This document shows, one piece after another, positions 8,854-19,220 of a stretch of 62,426 bases of DNA (within the stretch, counting starts at the first letter, position 1; each line of letters starts with the position of its first letter). The notes under the pieces are model-generated. The model did not search any database, was not told the DNA's origin, and worked only from the letters and a program-made list of their open reading frames with translations. The position numbers were made by a program, and so were the translations under genes. Origin of the DNA: an uncultured Clostridia bacterium (GTDB taxonomy: Bacteria; Bacillota; Clostridia; Oscillospirales; UBA644); assembly GCA_944382895.1 (NCBI GenBank), contig CALWNV010000002.1, forward strand, positions 1 through 62,426, written 5' to 3'.

Positions 8854-10056
8854 ATGGACAAAATAAAGATGAAAACCCCGCTTGTAGAAATGGACGGGGA
8901 TGAAATGACAAGAGTTCTCTGGCAATGGATAAAAGAATATCTTCTTTTGCCTTACATAGACCTTAAAACAGAATATTATGACCTTGGTCTTGAAAACAGA
9001 GAAAAAACAAAAGATGCCGTAACTGTTGAAAGTGCCGAAGCAACAAAGAAATACGGAGTAGCCGTTAAATGCGCAACAATAACCCCGAACGCAGCGAGAG
9101 TCAAAGAATATAACCTCTCGCAAATGTGGAAAAGCCCCAACGGAACCATTCGGGCAATCCTTGACGGGACGGTTTTCCGGGCACCTATTCTTGTAAAAGG
9201 AATAACTCCCTATGTCCCCACATGGAAAGCGCCTATAACGATTGCTCGTCACGCTTACGGAGACGTTTATAAAAACACGGAAGCGACAGTCCCTGCCGGA
9301 TCAAAAGCCGAACTCCTGATAACGGATAAAAACGGAAACGAAACACGCCTTCCTATCCACGATTTTGACGGAGACGGGATTGTAATGGGTATGCACAACA
9401 CAGATAAAAGCATCTCCAGCTTTGCCAGAGCATGTTTCAATTTTGCCCTTGACAAAAAAGAAGATCTTTGGTTTGCTACAAAAGACACTATTTCAAAAAA
9501 ATATGACCATCGATTTAAAGATATTTTTGCAGAAATATTTGAAAATGAATACAAAACGAAATTTGAAGAAAAAGGGATTGAGTATTTTTACACTCTTATC
9601 GACGACGCTGTGTCCCGTGTAGTACGTTCTGAGGGCGGATTTATATGGGCATGCAAAAACTATGACGGGGATGTTATGTCCGATATGGTAGCGACAGCGT
9701 TTGGAGATCTCGCCATGATGACTTCCGTGCTTGTTTCCCCCGAAGGATATTATGAATACGAAGCAGCTCACGGAACCGTTCAAAGACATTATTATCAGCA
9801 TCTTGAAGGGAAAAAGACTCCCACCAGTTCTATAGCAACCATTTTCGCATGGACCGGAGCTCTCGCAAAGAGAGGCGAACTTGATAATATCCCGGAACTT
9901 GTCAATTTTGCAAAAGCGCTTGAGCGCGCCAGCATAAAAACAATAGAGGACGGCGTCATGACCAAAGGGCTCGCAAAGCTTTCGACCATAGAAAATAAAA
10001 CTCTCGTCAACGCGGAAGATTTCCTTCTTGCGATAAAGCACAGGATCAGTCTTTAA
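8854..10056 (+). CDS. icd: NADP-dependent isocitrate dehydrogenase (eukaryote-like about 400 aa type)
   Basis: 400 aa. The N-terminus [20 protein letters not shown] and the overall sequence match IDH1/2-like enzymes. Confidence 0.93.
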   Translation: MDKIKMKTPLVEMDGDEMTRVLWQWIKEYLLLPYIDLKTEYYDLGLENREKTKDAVTVESAEATKKYGVAVKCATITPNAARVKEYNLSQMWKSPNGTIRAILDGTVFRAPILVKGITPYVPTWKAPITIARHAYGDVYKNTEATVPAGSKAELLITDKNGNETRLPIHDFDGDGIVMGMHNTDKSISSFARACFNFALDKKEDLWFATKDTISKKYDHRFKDIFAEIFENEYKTKFEEKGIEYFYTLIDDAVSRVVRSEGGFIWACKNYDGDVMSDMVATAFGDLAMMTSVLVSPEGYYEYEAAHGTVQRHYYQHLEGKKTPTSSIATIFAWTGALAKRGELDNIPELVNFAKALERASIKTIEDGVMTKGLAKLSTIENKTLVNAEDFLLAIKHRISL

Positions 10057-10077
10057 CAAACGAAAGGACAAAAAATT

Positions 10078-11655
10078 ATGGATAAAAAAGTTGTTTTGAT
10101 TGTCATGGACGGCATAGGTCAAAACCTGTCCGAATACGGCAACGCAGTAAAGGCCGCAAAAACACCGGCTCTTGATTTTCTTACAAAGACATATCCGTAT
10201 ACTTTCATAAAAGCTCACGGAACCGCTGTCGGACTTCCTTCCGATGATGACATGGGAAACAGCGAAGTCGGACATAACGCCTTGGGCTGCGGTCAGATAT
10301 ATTCACAAGGGGCAAAGCTCGTCAACGAAAGCATAGAATCAGGTAAAATGTTTCAAAATGAAACCTGGCAAGAGCTTGTGTCAAATTGCAAGCAGAATAA
10401 TGGGACTTTGCATTTTCTTGGTCTCCTGAGCGATGGTAATGTACACTCAAACATAAAACATCTTTTCGCAATGATGGAAGCCGCAAAAAAAGACGGCGTA
10501 AAAAAATGCCGGATACATATTTTACTGGACGGAAGAGATGTCCCGGCCACAAGCGCCCTCAAATATGTGGACGAGCTTGAAAACGAAATAGCAAATCTTT
10601 CCGCTACGGATTTTGATGTCCGGATCGCCTCGGGCGGAGGAAGAATGCAGATAACAATGGACAGATACGAAGCAAACTGGGCCATGGTAGAACTTGGCTG
10701 GAAAACGCATGTTCTCGGAGAAGGAAGACTGTTTTCCTCCGCAAAAGAAGCGATCGAGACTCTTCGCAAAGAAACAGGCGCGATTGACCAGGATCTACCT
10801 CCGTTTGTCATAGGTGAAAACGGGACACCGTGCGGAACAACCGAAGATGGGGACAGTTTTGTTCTTTTTAATTTCAGAGGTGACCGAGCCTTGGAAATAA
10901 GCCATGCTTTTGACGATGAAGATTTTACTGCTTTTGACAGAAAAAGACATCCTAACGTCGTATACGCAGGAATGCTTCAATATGACGGAGATCTCAAGAT
11001 CCCAAAAAAATATCTTGTTGCTCCTCCACATATAGAAAACACTCTTTCGGAAGTTCTCGTAAAAGCGGGCATAAGACAGTATGCGGTATCCGAAACCCAA
11101 AAATACGGACATGTGACATATTTCTGGAACGGGAACAGAAGCGAAAAATTTTCGGAAGAGCTGGAAATCTTTGAAGAAATTCCTTCCGATATTGTCCCGT
11201 TTGAACAACGTCCGTGGATGAAAGCGGCGGAAATCACCGACAAAGTGATTGAAGCTATAGAAAGCGGAAAATACGGATTTATCCGTGCAAATTTTCCAAA
11301 TGGCGACATGGTAGGGCATACAGGTAATTTTCAGGCGGCGGTAATAGCCGTAGAAGCTGTTGATCTGTGCCTTGCCCGGATTTTGAATGCTCTTGAGGGA
11401 AAAGATGAATATGTTCTTTTGGTAACGGCAGATCACGGAAACGCGGACGAAATGCTTGAGAAAGCAAAAGAAGGCTCGGATCCGAAACCGAAAACAGCAC
11501 ATACGCTTAACCCTGTTCCGTTCATAATCGCAGATAAAACAGAAAAAAGAGAAATTGGCGAAGGCCCGTTCGGGCTTGCAAACGTTGCTGCAACAGTAAC
11601 AAAGATTATGAATGTGGATACTCCGAAAATGTGGGAGGCGAGTATAATAAAATGA
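10078..11655 (+). CDS. gpmI: 2,3-bisphosphoglycerate-independent phosphoglycerate mutase
   Basis: 525 aa with VLIVMDGIG, GNSEVGHNALGCG and TADHGNADEM motifs. Confidence 0.93.
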   Translation: MDKKVVLIVMDGIGQNLSEYGNAVKAAKTPALDFLTKTYPYTFIKAHGTAVGLPSDDDMGNSEVGHNALGCGQIYSQGAKLVNESIESGKMFQNETWQELVSNCKQNNGTLHFLGLLSDGNVHSNIKHLFAMMEAAKKDGVKKCRIHILLDGRDVPATSALKYVDELENEIANLSATDFDVRIASGGGRMQITMDRYEANWAMVELGWKTHVLGEGRLFSSAKEAIETLRKETGAIDQDLPPFVIGENGTPCGTTEDGDSFVLFNFRGDRALEISHAFDDEDFTAFDRKRHPNVVYAGMLQYDGDLKIPKKYLVAPPHIENTLSEVLVKAGIRQYAVSETQKYGHVTYFWNGNRSEKFSEELEIFEEIPSDIVPFEQRPWMKAAEITDKVIEAIESGKYGFIRANFPNGDMVGHTGNFQAAVIAVEAVDLCLARILNALEGKDEYVLLVTADHGNADEMLEKAKEGSDPKPKTAHTLNPVPFIIADKTEKREIGEGPFGLANVAATVTKIMNVDTPKMWEASIIK

Positions 11656-12560
11656 TAATCCTTGACAGACTGATTGAACAAATAAAAGCAGACGGCGCGG
11701 ATGTTTCTTCTATTGTAGAAATGGATGAAAACGGAGATTTTGTAAAAAAAGACTTACGTTCGTTTCCGGTGGCAAAATATACATTTTCTGTTTCAAAAAG
11801 TTATACCGCGGCAGCGATCGGTGTTTTATATGACAGAAATCTCCTTTCAGATGAAGATCCGGTCTACCCTCTGTTCAAAGATCTTTTTGCTCCGTCTCAT
11901 GATCCGAAATGGGAAACCGTGAGGATAAAGGATCTACTTCAACATCGATCCGGCTTTGCAAAACCTTATTTGAATTATAAAGACGAAGACGACAGTCTTT
12001 TTCAGACAGACGATCCGCTCAGGCTCATGTTTGAGATCCCTCTTTCAGGAACAATCGGTGAAACGATGGTATACGTTGATCCGAATTATTATCTTCTTTC
12101 CAGGATTGTGGAATTAAAAACAGGGATGACTCTTTACGAGTTCGTCCGTCGTGAATTTTTTATACCAATGCATTGTACCGATCACGCGTGGACCTGCTGT
12201 CCCAAGGGACATACTGACGGAGGCTCAGGTCTTTTAATAAGAACACAGGATATGGCAAAACTCGGTGTCGTGTATTTGAATGGGGGAATATACAAAGGGA
12301 AAAGATATCTTTCCGAAGAATGGATCAAACGCTCGGTCGCGACAAGATATGTCGATGACCTCGGAGAATATGGTTACGCCGTACTCAGAAAAACCACCGC
12401 ATGCGAAAATTACTATTTTCAGGGAGCATACGGACAGCTGGTATATATCATGCCCCGAACAAAACGTGTTATTGCCTATCACAGCATAGGGGCGGACAAT
12501 AACAAATACATAGATCTTCTCAGAGAATGGGAAAACGAGGAACTTGCGCAAAAAGGCTGA
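11652..12560 (+). CDS. serine hydrolase (beta-lactamase-fold family)
   Basis: SxxK motif (SVSKSY). I moved the start to the ATG at 11652, which has a GGGAGG RBS and an ATGA overlap with the gpmI stop. The ORF track starts at 11631. Confidence 0.6.
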   Translation: MIILDRLIEQIKADGADVSSIVEMDENGDFVKKDLRSFPVAKYTFSVSKSYTAAAIGVLYDRNLLSDEDPVYPLFKDLFAPSHDPKWETVRIKDLLQHRSGFAKPYLNYKDEDDSLFQTDDPLRLMFEIPLSGTIGETMVYVDPNYYLLSRIVELKTGMTLYEFVRREFFIPMHCTDHAWTCCPKGHTDGGSGLLIRTQDMAKLGVVYLNGGIYKGKRYLSEEWIKRSVATRYVDDLGEYGYAVLRKTTACENYYFQGAYGQLVYIMPRTKRVIAYHSIGADNNKYIDLLREWENEELAQKG

Positions 12561-12575
12561 AAAGGAGAGGTTTTT

Positions 12576-13334
12576 ATGAGTTTAAGTGAACTTAACGTTA
12601 TTGATTTTCATTCTCATTTCAATCACGGATCCCCTCTTGATCCCGCAGAAACGGAAATATATAAATTCGGTCTTGATTTTCTAAAAAAAGGATATGATTA
12701 CGCAAACATTTCTTCCGTAGGATTTTCGACCTATGCCGGAGTTTTATCGAACAAAGAAGTTGCCGAAGAAAATGACTACCTTTATAATCTCGCGCTTGAC
12801 ACACCTTGGATATATCAATGGGTAGTAATAGAACCTCGTCACGAGGAAACCTTTGAACAGGCAAAAAAAATGCTTGACAGCCCGAAATGTCTGGGATTGA
12901 AAATACACAGCCCGTGTCACGAATATTCAATTGCCGAATACGCCGATAAGATTTTTTCGTTTGCAGATGAAAGAGGCGCCGTCGTTCTTATGCACCCCGA
13001 CAGAATGGAATTGATGCCTGAATACGCGGATAGATATAAAAACATGAAACTTGTAATCGCACATCTCGGAACGGTTGATCATGTCAACGCGATCGAAACC
13101 GCAAAATATGGTAATATTTATACCGACACGTCTGGTGTGGCCAGCTCCAATAATAATATTCTCGAGTACGCTATAAGCAGAATAGGAACGGACCGGATAC
13201 TTTTCGGAACCGATACATACGCGGCAGGATTTCAACGCGGAAGGATTGAATACGCTCCAATCCCCGAACAAGATAAAATTAAGATTTTAAGGGAAAACGC
13301 CATAACCTTGTGTCCTCAACTTAAAAACGCCTAA
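12576..13334 (+). CDS. amidohydrolase-family metal-dependent hydrolase (TIM barrel)
   Basis: 252 aa with an N-terminal VIDFHSHF (HxH), then HPD, AHLG and DTS/GTD motifs. Confidence 0.65.
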   Translation: MSLSELNVIDFHSHFNHGSPLDPAETEIYKFGLDFLKKGYDYANISSVGFSTYAGVLSNKEVAEENDYLYNLALDTPWIYQWVVIEPRHEETFEQAKKMLDSPKCLGLKIHSPCHEYSIAEYADKIFSFADERGAVVLMHPDRMELMPEYADRYKNMKLVIAHLGTVDHVNAIETAKYGNIYTDTSGVASSNNNILEYAISRIGTDRILFGTDTYAAGFQRGRIEYAPIPEQDKIKILRENAITLCPQLKNA

Positions 13335-13383
13335 AGCAAGATAATACCGAAAACCGGAGAATATCAGCTTAACAAATCGAAAA

Positions 13384-13420
13384 ATATGACGGCGCATATA
13401 AGCGCCGTCATATTTTTTGT
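13384..13420 (+). terminator. intrinsic terminator of the icd-gpmI-hydrolase operon
   Basis: ATATGACGGCGC-atataa-GCGCCGTCATAT forms a perfect 12 bp stem, followed by TTTTTTG. Confidence 0.8.
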
Positions 13421-13967
13421 TTCCCAATCGGGCAAACACGCTCACAGGATGTCTGAATAAGAGTACACAAACTCCACATGTACCAATAAACCCTTCCCTT
13501 TACTGACAACCTGACAAAATTTCATGCCGTCTTTCCGAACAGCTCAACTCTCAGTAAAAAACGCTACAAAAATAAAGAGTGTGCATATAATCTTTACAAG
13601 ACTGCCTGCATTATTTACCTGTTTAGAGGAAGAGTAAAAGAAAGTCAAAGCCGGGTACACGCTTATTTATTTCAGGCTTGACGGTTACTCGCTTCCCCTT
13701 TACTTTTTCAGGAGGTTGACCGCAAACTTGAAGACAGACACTTTAACGAAAATCAGGACATAGAACAAAAAACAAAGGCTTTACTGATACCTGGTTGCGG
13801 CTGAAACCGTCTGTTGTTTGAATCTTCCCAACTTCAAACAAAACTTTGGACTTCTGCCGCTTAAACATATTTGCTCTCTTCTGCAAAAACTATCTTACTG
13901 CGGCAATACTGACAGAACGCATAACATTCTACCCTTTGCTTTGGAAATCCGTATACATAATCAAGAA

Positions 13968-14008
13968 GCCCGGAGTACTGAGCTTAAAGACCATACTCCG
14001 GGCTTTTT
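13968..14008. terminator. bidirectional hairpin terminator
   Basis: GCCCGGAGTA-16 nt-TACTCCGGGC followed by TTTTT on the plus strand. On the minus strand it lies 25 nt after the symporter stop, with a UUCUUGAUU tail. Confidence 0.7.
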
Positions 14009-14032
14009 AATATATATTCACATAATCCGATC

Positions 14033-15628
14033 TTATTTTTCCGACAATCCATCGTCGGGATTAAACGCTGACGTAACAAGGGGTTCTGGCAGCTTTGTAG
14101 TAAAAAGACTGACTAAAGGGACAATAATAACTGAAACAGCCATTGCCGTCACTCCGAACACCGGAGCATCTGCTGACGCAGCCTTAAATGCTGCGAAAAC
14201 GCCTTCGGATAATTCCGGGGAAGAAAGCATTGAATATCCCGTAAGAATGACAACAGTTGCAAGGCCTCCGATAAAACCGCACCAAACTCCAGCCTTTGTG
14301 GTTTTTTTCCACCAAAGACCCCATATAAACGGACCGATAAAACATCCTGCAACCACGCCCCAGGAAAAAGACATCAATGTCACTATTATAGAAATCTTGG
14401 CCGTTGCAAGAAAGAATGAAAGGGCAATAAAAACAAAACAAAGTATCCTGGTCCACTTTATCTGACTTTTCTGCTGAATATTCTTCCTGAATACCCCCGC
14501 CAAATCCACAGAAATAGCCGAGGCCGATGACAAAACTATCGCAGAAAGAGTGGACATAGACGCAGACAGTACGCAAAGCAGAACAAGGCTCAAAAGAATA
14601 CTGCCCCAGACAGAGCCTGAAAAAGCCTGCATTAGCATATTGGGAACAACTCCGTCATATCCTCCGGACACCCCGGCATCCACAGGTGTCGCTGCCGTAA
14701 AATCCGAAGTAAAAAATCTTCCGAGAGTTCCGGCAAAATACGCGCCACAACCTATAATAATAGCAAACCCCGTCGAAACTATCGTTCCGGTTTTTACAAG
14801 AGTATGGCTTTTAATAGCATAAAATTTACTGACCATCTGCGGCATTCCCCAGACCCCGAAACTGGTAAGAAGAATATTGACACAAAGAAACCCAAAGTTT
14901 TTTCCGCCAAAAATATCCGTTAACTGTCCGCCCTCTACAGAAGAAAGTTTTTCAATCGCCGCGACAGGTCCGCCGACCTGAGGACTGAAAACAAGACCCA
15001 GAACCATAAGAACAACGCTTACTATCATTACTATCCCTTGTACAAAATCCGTACGTGAGGAAGCTGTATACCCACCTAAAACAAGATATACCGACGTAAG
15101 TAAAGCCACTATAAACATACACACCGTGCCCGAATCAAGTCCAAAAATCGAAAGACCCGGAAATATCGCGCCAAACATGGAACCGAGGCCATTATATACT
15201 CCTGAGGCATACGGGACAAGAAAAATAAATATAATAACCGCCGCATAAACCTTCATTTTTTTATCACCGAAACGCGAAGAAAAAAATTCAGGCATAGTCC
15301 TGCTTCCAAGATTATGTGTCATTGCGCGGGTTCGTTTCGCAAGAAGAAGCCAGGCAAGAAGACAACCAAGCACCGCATTCCCAATGCCGATCCAGATGCT
15401 TCCCAATCCGATATCCCAACCGAATTTTCCCGCATAACCTATCATAATAACAGCGGAAAAATATGCCGTACCATACGAAAAAGCAGCCATCCACGGACCT
15501 ACGTTTCTGCCTCCGAGCAAAAATCCGTCCAAGGTTTTAGCTTTTCTCGCCGATAAAACACCTATACAGACCATTATCGCGGCAAACAAAAAAAGCGCGA
15601 TCAAGGCCGTTATCTGTACCGTTCCCAT
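14033..15628 (-). CDS. sodium:solute symporter (SSF) family transporter
   Basis: 531 aa and polytopic. The N-terminus LGGRNVGPWMAAFSYGTAYFSAV is typical of PutP/PanF-like SSS proteins. The substrate cannot be assigned. Confidence 0.85.
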   Translation of the reverse strand: MGTVQITALIALFLFAAIMVCIGVLSARKAKTLDGFLLGGRNVGPWMAAFSYGTAYFSAVIMIGYAGKFGWDIGLGSIWIGIGNAVLGCLLAWLLLAKRTRAMTHNLGSRTMPEFFSSRFGDKKMKVYAAVIIFIFLVPYASGVYNGLGSMFGAIFPGLSIFGLDSGTVCMFIVALLTSVYLVLGGYTASSRTDFVQGIVMIVSVVLMVLGLVFSPQVGGPVAAIEKLSSVEGGQLTDIFGGKNFGFLCVNILLTSFGVWGMPQMVSKFYAIKSHTLVKTGTIVSTGFAIIIGCGAYFAGTLGRFFTSDFTAATPVDAGVSGGYDGVVPNMLMQAFSGSVWGSILLSLVLLCVLSASMSTLSAIVLSSASAISVDLAGVFRKNIQQKSQIKWTRILCFVFIALSFFLATAKISIIVTLMSFSWGVVAGCFIGPFIWGLWWKKTTKAGVWCGFIGGLATVVILTGYSMLSSPELSEGVFAAFKAASADAPVFGVTAMAVSVIIVPLVSLFTTKLPEPLVTSAFNPDDGLSEK

Positions 15629-15738
15629 AAAAAACCATCCTACCTTTCCTGCATAAGAAGAAAAAAAATAACACAGTTAAACAATTTTAACCATGTTAAA
15701 ATCCTTAACTTATCCTACAAAAAATTCTACATGTACCG

Positions 15739-15786
15739 ACAAAAAGGTACGCTACTCAGAAAGTATAGCATACCTTTTTGTTTTTG
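15739..15786 (-). terminator. hairpin downstream of the Gfo/Idh/MocA gene (possible terminator)
   Basis: ACAAAAAGGTA-21 nt-TACCTTTTTGT forms an 11 bp A/U-rich stem. The U-run is partly inside the stem, so confidence is modest. Confidence 0.4.
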
Positions 15787-15940
15787 TCAAGTATTTTTTT
15801 TGTTTTGCATAAAGAAATTTATCACCGTATAAAAAACTGACCCTTTTATTTACGAATACAGAAAACTTCCATGCGCAATAATTTCTCACAGTAATAATAT
15901 CATTATTGTTATTCAAAATATAAAAAAGGATGCATAACAA

Positions 15941-16996
15941 TCAAAAAACAATTTCCCTGTGTGACGCAGCGGAATCATATATAGCTTGCATCATTTTTGC
16001 CGTAATGGCAACATTGTCTATATGAGACGGCAGTTTTTCACCTGTTTTTATGCAACGAAGGAAGCTGTCTATCTCATTCCGGAACATATCGTTTTCCTTG
16101 AACTTCGGCTTATATTCAATAAGACTCCCAAACTCAGACGTAAACACCCGAAAATCAGAACCGTACTGAAGACGTATCCCCGCCTTGTCTCCCATAAAAT
16201 CAATGAATGTCTCATTTTCGCCTATATTCTGCGCCCATGCGCCGTTTATAGTTATTACAGGTTTTTCTGTTCGTATAATCCCGGCAACACTGTCATCAAC
16301 ATCATATATACCGTCATATTTCGGAGGCCCTGCCCACATGCCTTCAAATGCATAATTTTTTATATCCACTCCGAGTTTTGTAAATGTTTCGCCGGAAACG
16401 GTCAGAGGTTTAGGATCCCCACAGCAATACATGACAATATCAAGATAATGAACCCCCCAGTCTACCAAAACACCTCCACCGGATATCACCTTTGTAGTAA
16501 AGGCTCCGCCCAAACCGGGGATTGAACGATGCGCCCTGAAAGAAACATATACATGATAAACCTCTCCGAGTTTGCCGCTGTCAATATACTTCTTTATCAA
16601 ATTGACTCCGGCATTGAAACGATTTACAACTCCTATGTTTAAAACTTTTCCCGTTTCATGCTGAACCTTCTGCATTTCGGAAACTTCTTCATATGTTCTT
16701 CCTGCAGGTTTTTCACATAACACATGTTTCCCCGCACGCAAAAAATCAACAGAAATTTGCTTGTGGACATTATTGGGAGTACATACGGAAACCGCGTCAA
16801 TATCCGAATCAAGAATCTCTTTGTAATCATAAACAGCTTTACCGCATTCATATTCTTTTACGGCTTTGTCCGCTCTTTCCGGAACTATATCGCAAAAATA
16901 AACAATCTCGCAATCAGGGTTTTCCTTATAACACCGGATATGGTGAGCGTTTGCAATAGTCCCGCAGCCTATTATTGCAACCTTTGTCCTGCTCAT
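15941..16996 (-). CDS. Gfo/Idh/MocA family NAD(P)-dependent oxidoreductase
   Basis: KVAIIGCGTIANAHH Rossmann N-terminus. I set the start to the ATG at 16996 (AAAGGAG RBS 8 nt upstream). The ORF track extends to 17050. Confidence 0.85.
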   Translation of the reverse strand: MSRTKVAIIGCGTIANAHHIRCYKENPDCEIVYFCDIVPERADKAVKEYECGKAVYDYKEILDSDIDAVSVCTPNNVHKQISVDFLRAGKHVLCEKPAGRTYEEVSEMQKVQHETGKVLNIGVVNRFNAGVNLIKKYIDSGKLGEVYHVYVSFRAHRSIPGLGGAFTTKVISGGGVLVDWGVHYLDIVMYCCGDPKPLTVSGETFTKLGVDIKNYAFEGMWAGPPKYDGIYDVDDSVAGIIRTEKPVITINGAWAQNIGENETFIDFMGDKAGIRLQYGSDFRVFTSEFGSLIEYKPKFKENDMFRNEIDSFLRCIKTGEKLPSHIDNVAITAKMMQAIYDSAASHREIVF

Positions 16997-17084
16997 TCTT
17001 AATTCTCCTTTATTCATATGTTTTTTCAGTATAAAATACTTATCCCGCATATTATATCACGCGTTTGCGTAAAAGTCAACAATT

Positions 17085-17102
17085 CTGTTAAAAGGTTGAC
17101 AA
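17085..17102. promoter_or_regulatory. candidate Rex operator overlapping the aconitase -35
   Basis: CTGTTAAaaggTTGACAA compared with the clostridial Rex consensus TTGTTAA-N4-TTAACAA (from memory) matches 12 of 14 defined positions. The rex gene is immediately downstream of the aconitase gene. Confidence 0.4.
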
Positions 17103-17124
17103 AGTAAGGCTTTTATTATATAAT
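17096..17124 (+). promoter_or_regulatory. consensus sigma-A promoter of the aconitase-rex unit
   Basis: TTGACA-17 nt-TATAAT, both hexamers perfect. Confidence 0.7.
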
Positions 17125-17238
17125 AAATATAATAAATCTTATATAATCTTATATGCTGCTGGTTTATCGCGATATACCGGAATAAAATGATTTCTACAAA
17201 ATAAATCAAGAAAAACAATTGTAAAAGAGGAGAAAAAA

Positions 17239-19170
17239 ATGGGCTGCAATATCGCACAAAAACTTATAAAATCCCACCTGGTTTCCGGAGAGATGATTGC
17301 CGGAAAGGAAATCTCAATAAAAATCGATCAGACCCTTACTCAAGACGCGACCGGAACTGTCGCATATCTTCAATTTGAGGCAATGGGTGTTGACCGTGTA
17401 AAAACAGAAAAAAGCGTTGCTTACATTGATCATAATACTCTTCAAAGCGGATTTGAAAACGCAGATGACCATCTTTACATACAAACAGTCTGCCGCAAGC
17501 ACGGAATATATGTTTCCCGTCCCGGGAACGGCATTTGCCACCAGGTGCATCTCGAACGTTTCGGAAAGCCGGGGAAAACTCTTCTCGGCAGCGACAGTCA
17601 TACTCCTACAGGCGGCGGGATAGGAATGCTCGCGATAGGTGTAGGCGGACTTGATGTAGCTGTAGCGATGGGAGGCGGAGCTTTTTATCTAACCATGCCC
17701 GAAGTAGTCCGGGTCAATCTAACAGGGAAACTTTCCCCTATGGTTTCTGCGAAAGACGTTATTCTCAAAGTTCTTGAAAAACTCAGCGTCAAAGGCGGCG
17801 TCGGTAAAATTATCGAATACGCGGGAGAAGGGGTAAAAACTCTTTCCGTGCCCGAACGAGCGACCATAACCAACATGGGAGCGGAATTAGGAGCCACAAC
17901 AAGCGTGTTTCCGTCAGATGAAACAACCAGACTTTTCCTGAAAGCACAAAACAGGGAGGAAGATTATACTGAGATCCTCGCAGACAACGACGCTATTTAC
18001 GATTCGGAGATCTGTATTGATCTCTCGGCTCTTGAGCCTCTCGCCGCATGTCCGCATATGCCGGACAACATTAAACCCGTTTCTGAGCTGGAAGGTATGA
18101 AAATCAACCAGGTATGTATCGGGTCCTGCACAAATTCATCATATACCGATATGATGAAAGTGGCAAAAATACTTAAAGGAAAAACTATAAACGAAAATGT
18201 CAGCCTTACTGTTTCTCCCGGATCCAAACAGGTATTCAACATGCTTGCTGAAAACGGAGCCCTTGCCGATATAATAGATGCCGGGGCAAGGATATTGGAA
18301 TGCGCCTGCGGCCCATGTATAGGCATGGGGCAAGCTCCCAGCAGCGGAGGGGTCTCTTTGAGAACATTTAACAGAAATTTTGAAGGAAGAAGCGGAACGG
18401 CCGACGCGCAAATATATCTTGTCAGCCCCGAGACTGCGGCAGTAAGCGCTATAACAGGGGTCCTGACCGATCCCAGAAAGGTTCTTCCCGAAGGCGTTGA
18501 AATTTCAATGCCTGAAAAATTTCTTATAAACGATAATCTTATCATTTCTCCTTCCGATAATCCGGAAAAAGTAGATGTCAGAAGAGGACCAAACATCAAG
18601 CCTTTCCCTGTCAACAAACCCTTAGAGGAAACTGTCAGCGCAAAAGCTCTGCTTAAGGTCGGAGACAATATAACCACAGACCATATAATGCCGGCCGGAG
18701 CCAAAATTCTTCCATATCGCTCAAATATTCCCCATCTCTCACAATTTTGCTTTACCCGTTGTGACGAAAAGTTCCCTGAAAGAGCAAAAAAATGGGGCGG
18801 GGGCATAATAATCGGAGGCCAAAATTACGGTCAAGGCTCATCCCGTGAACACGCGGCTCTCGTTCCTCTTTATCTTGGGGTTAAAGCTGTTATCGCAAAA
18901 TCTTTTGCCAGAATACATATGGCAAATCTGATAAACTCAGGAATTATTCCGCTTGTTTTTGAAAATGAAAAAGATTATGACCTGATCGAGGAAGGCGACG
19001 AATTGGTTTTAGAAAACATTAAAACATGTATTTTAGAAAATAAGCCTATTGTACTTTACAATAAAACCAAAAACGTTTATATACCGCTTTCCCGAACATT
19101 TTTTGATCGCAATGCAGAAATAATCGCAGCCGGAGGGCTTCTCAATTATACAAAAAAACAACAAGCATAG
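17239..19170 (+). CDS. acn: aconitate hydratase
   Basis: 643 aa with GSDSHT, IGSCTNSS and CGPCIGMG Fe-S ligand motifs. Confidence 0.92.
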   Translation: MGCNIAQKLIKSHLVSGEMIAGKEISIKIDQTLTQDATGTVAYLQFEAMGVDRVKTEKSVAYIDHNTLQSGFENADDHLYIQTVCRKHGIYVSRPGNGICHQVHLERFGKPGKTLLGSDSHTPTGGGIGMLAIGVGGLDVAVAMGGGAFYLTMPEVVRVNLTGKLSPMVSAKDVILKVLEKLSVKGGVGKIIEYAGEGVKTLSVPERATITNMGAELGATTSVFPSDETTRLFLKAQNREEDYTEILADNDAIYDSEICIDLSALEPLAACPHMPDNIKPVSELEGMKINQVCIGSCTNSSYTDMMKVAKILKGKTINENVSLTVSPGSKQVFNMLAENGALADIIDAGARILECACGPCIGMGQAPSSGGVSLRTFNRNFEGRSGTADAQIYLVSPETAAVSAITGVLTDPRKVLPEGVEISMPEKFLINDNLIISPSDNPEKVDVRRGPNIKPFPVNKPLEETVSAKALLKVGDNITTDHIMPAGAKILPYRSNIPHLSQFCFTRCDEKFPERAKKWGGGIIIGGQNYGQGSSREHAALVPLYLGVKAVIAKSFARIHMANLINSGIIPLVFENEKDYDLIEEGDELVLENIKTCILENKPIVLYNKTKNVYIPLSRTFFDRNAEIIAAGGLLNYTKKQQA

Positions 19171-19220
19171 ATTTTTATTCTGCTTAGTTCCGACCTTTTT
19201 GCGAAAGGATGTTTTTTCAA

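Noticed and set aside
13590-13960. RNase P RNA-like words: AGAGGAAGAG..GAAAGTCaaagCCGGG near the 5' end and GACAGAACG near the 3' end, about 290 nt apart, in a block with a plus-strand promoter and terminator.
   Set aside because: GAGGAAAGUCC is interrupted by insertions. I could not pair any 3' segment with it to form P4, and I could not find P1/P2 closing helices or the other conserved joining regions. I treat this as coincidence or extreme decay. A covariance-model scan (RF00010/RF00011) would settle it.
13818-14465. 215 aa plus-strand ORF spanning the non-coding block and the symporter 3' end.
   Set aside because: Most of it is antisense to the SSS symporter and it runs straight through the 13968-14008 terminator hairpin. 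It has no RBS.
13471-15750. Direct repeat ACATGTACC (13477-13490 and 15731-15745; about 19/27 identity when extended) flanking the symporter gene.
   Set aside because: A 9-10-mer shared between two spacers of this size is expected by chance at appreciable frequency (my rough estimate is about 0.2). There are no other signs of mobility.
15752-15940. 62 aa ORF. The same applies to 17057-17257 (66 aa) and 26290-26756 (small ORFs in AT-rich spacers).
   Set aside because: These are AT-rich intergenic sequence with no RBS and low-complexity translations. The regions are better explained by promoters and terminators.
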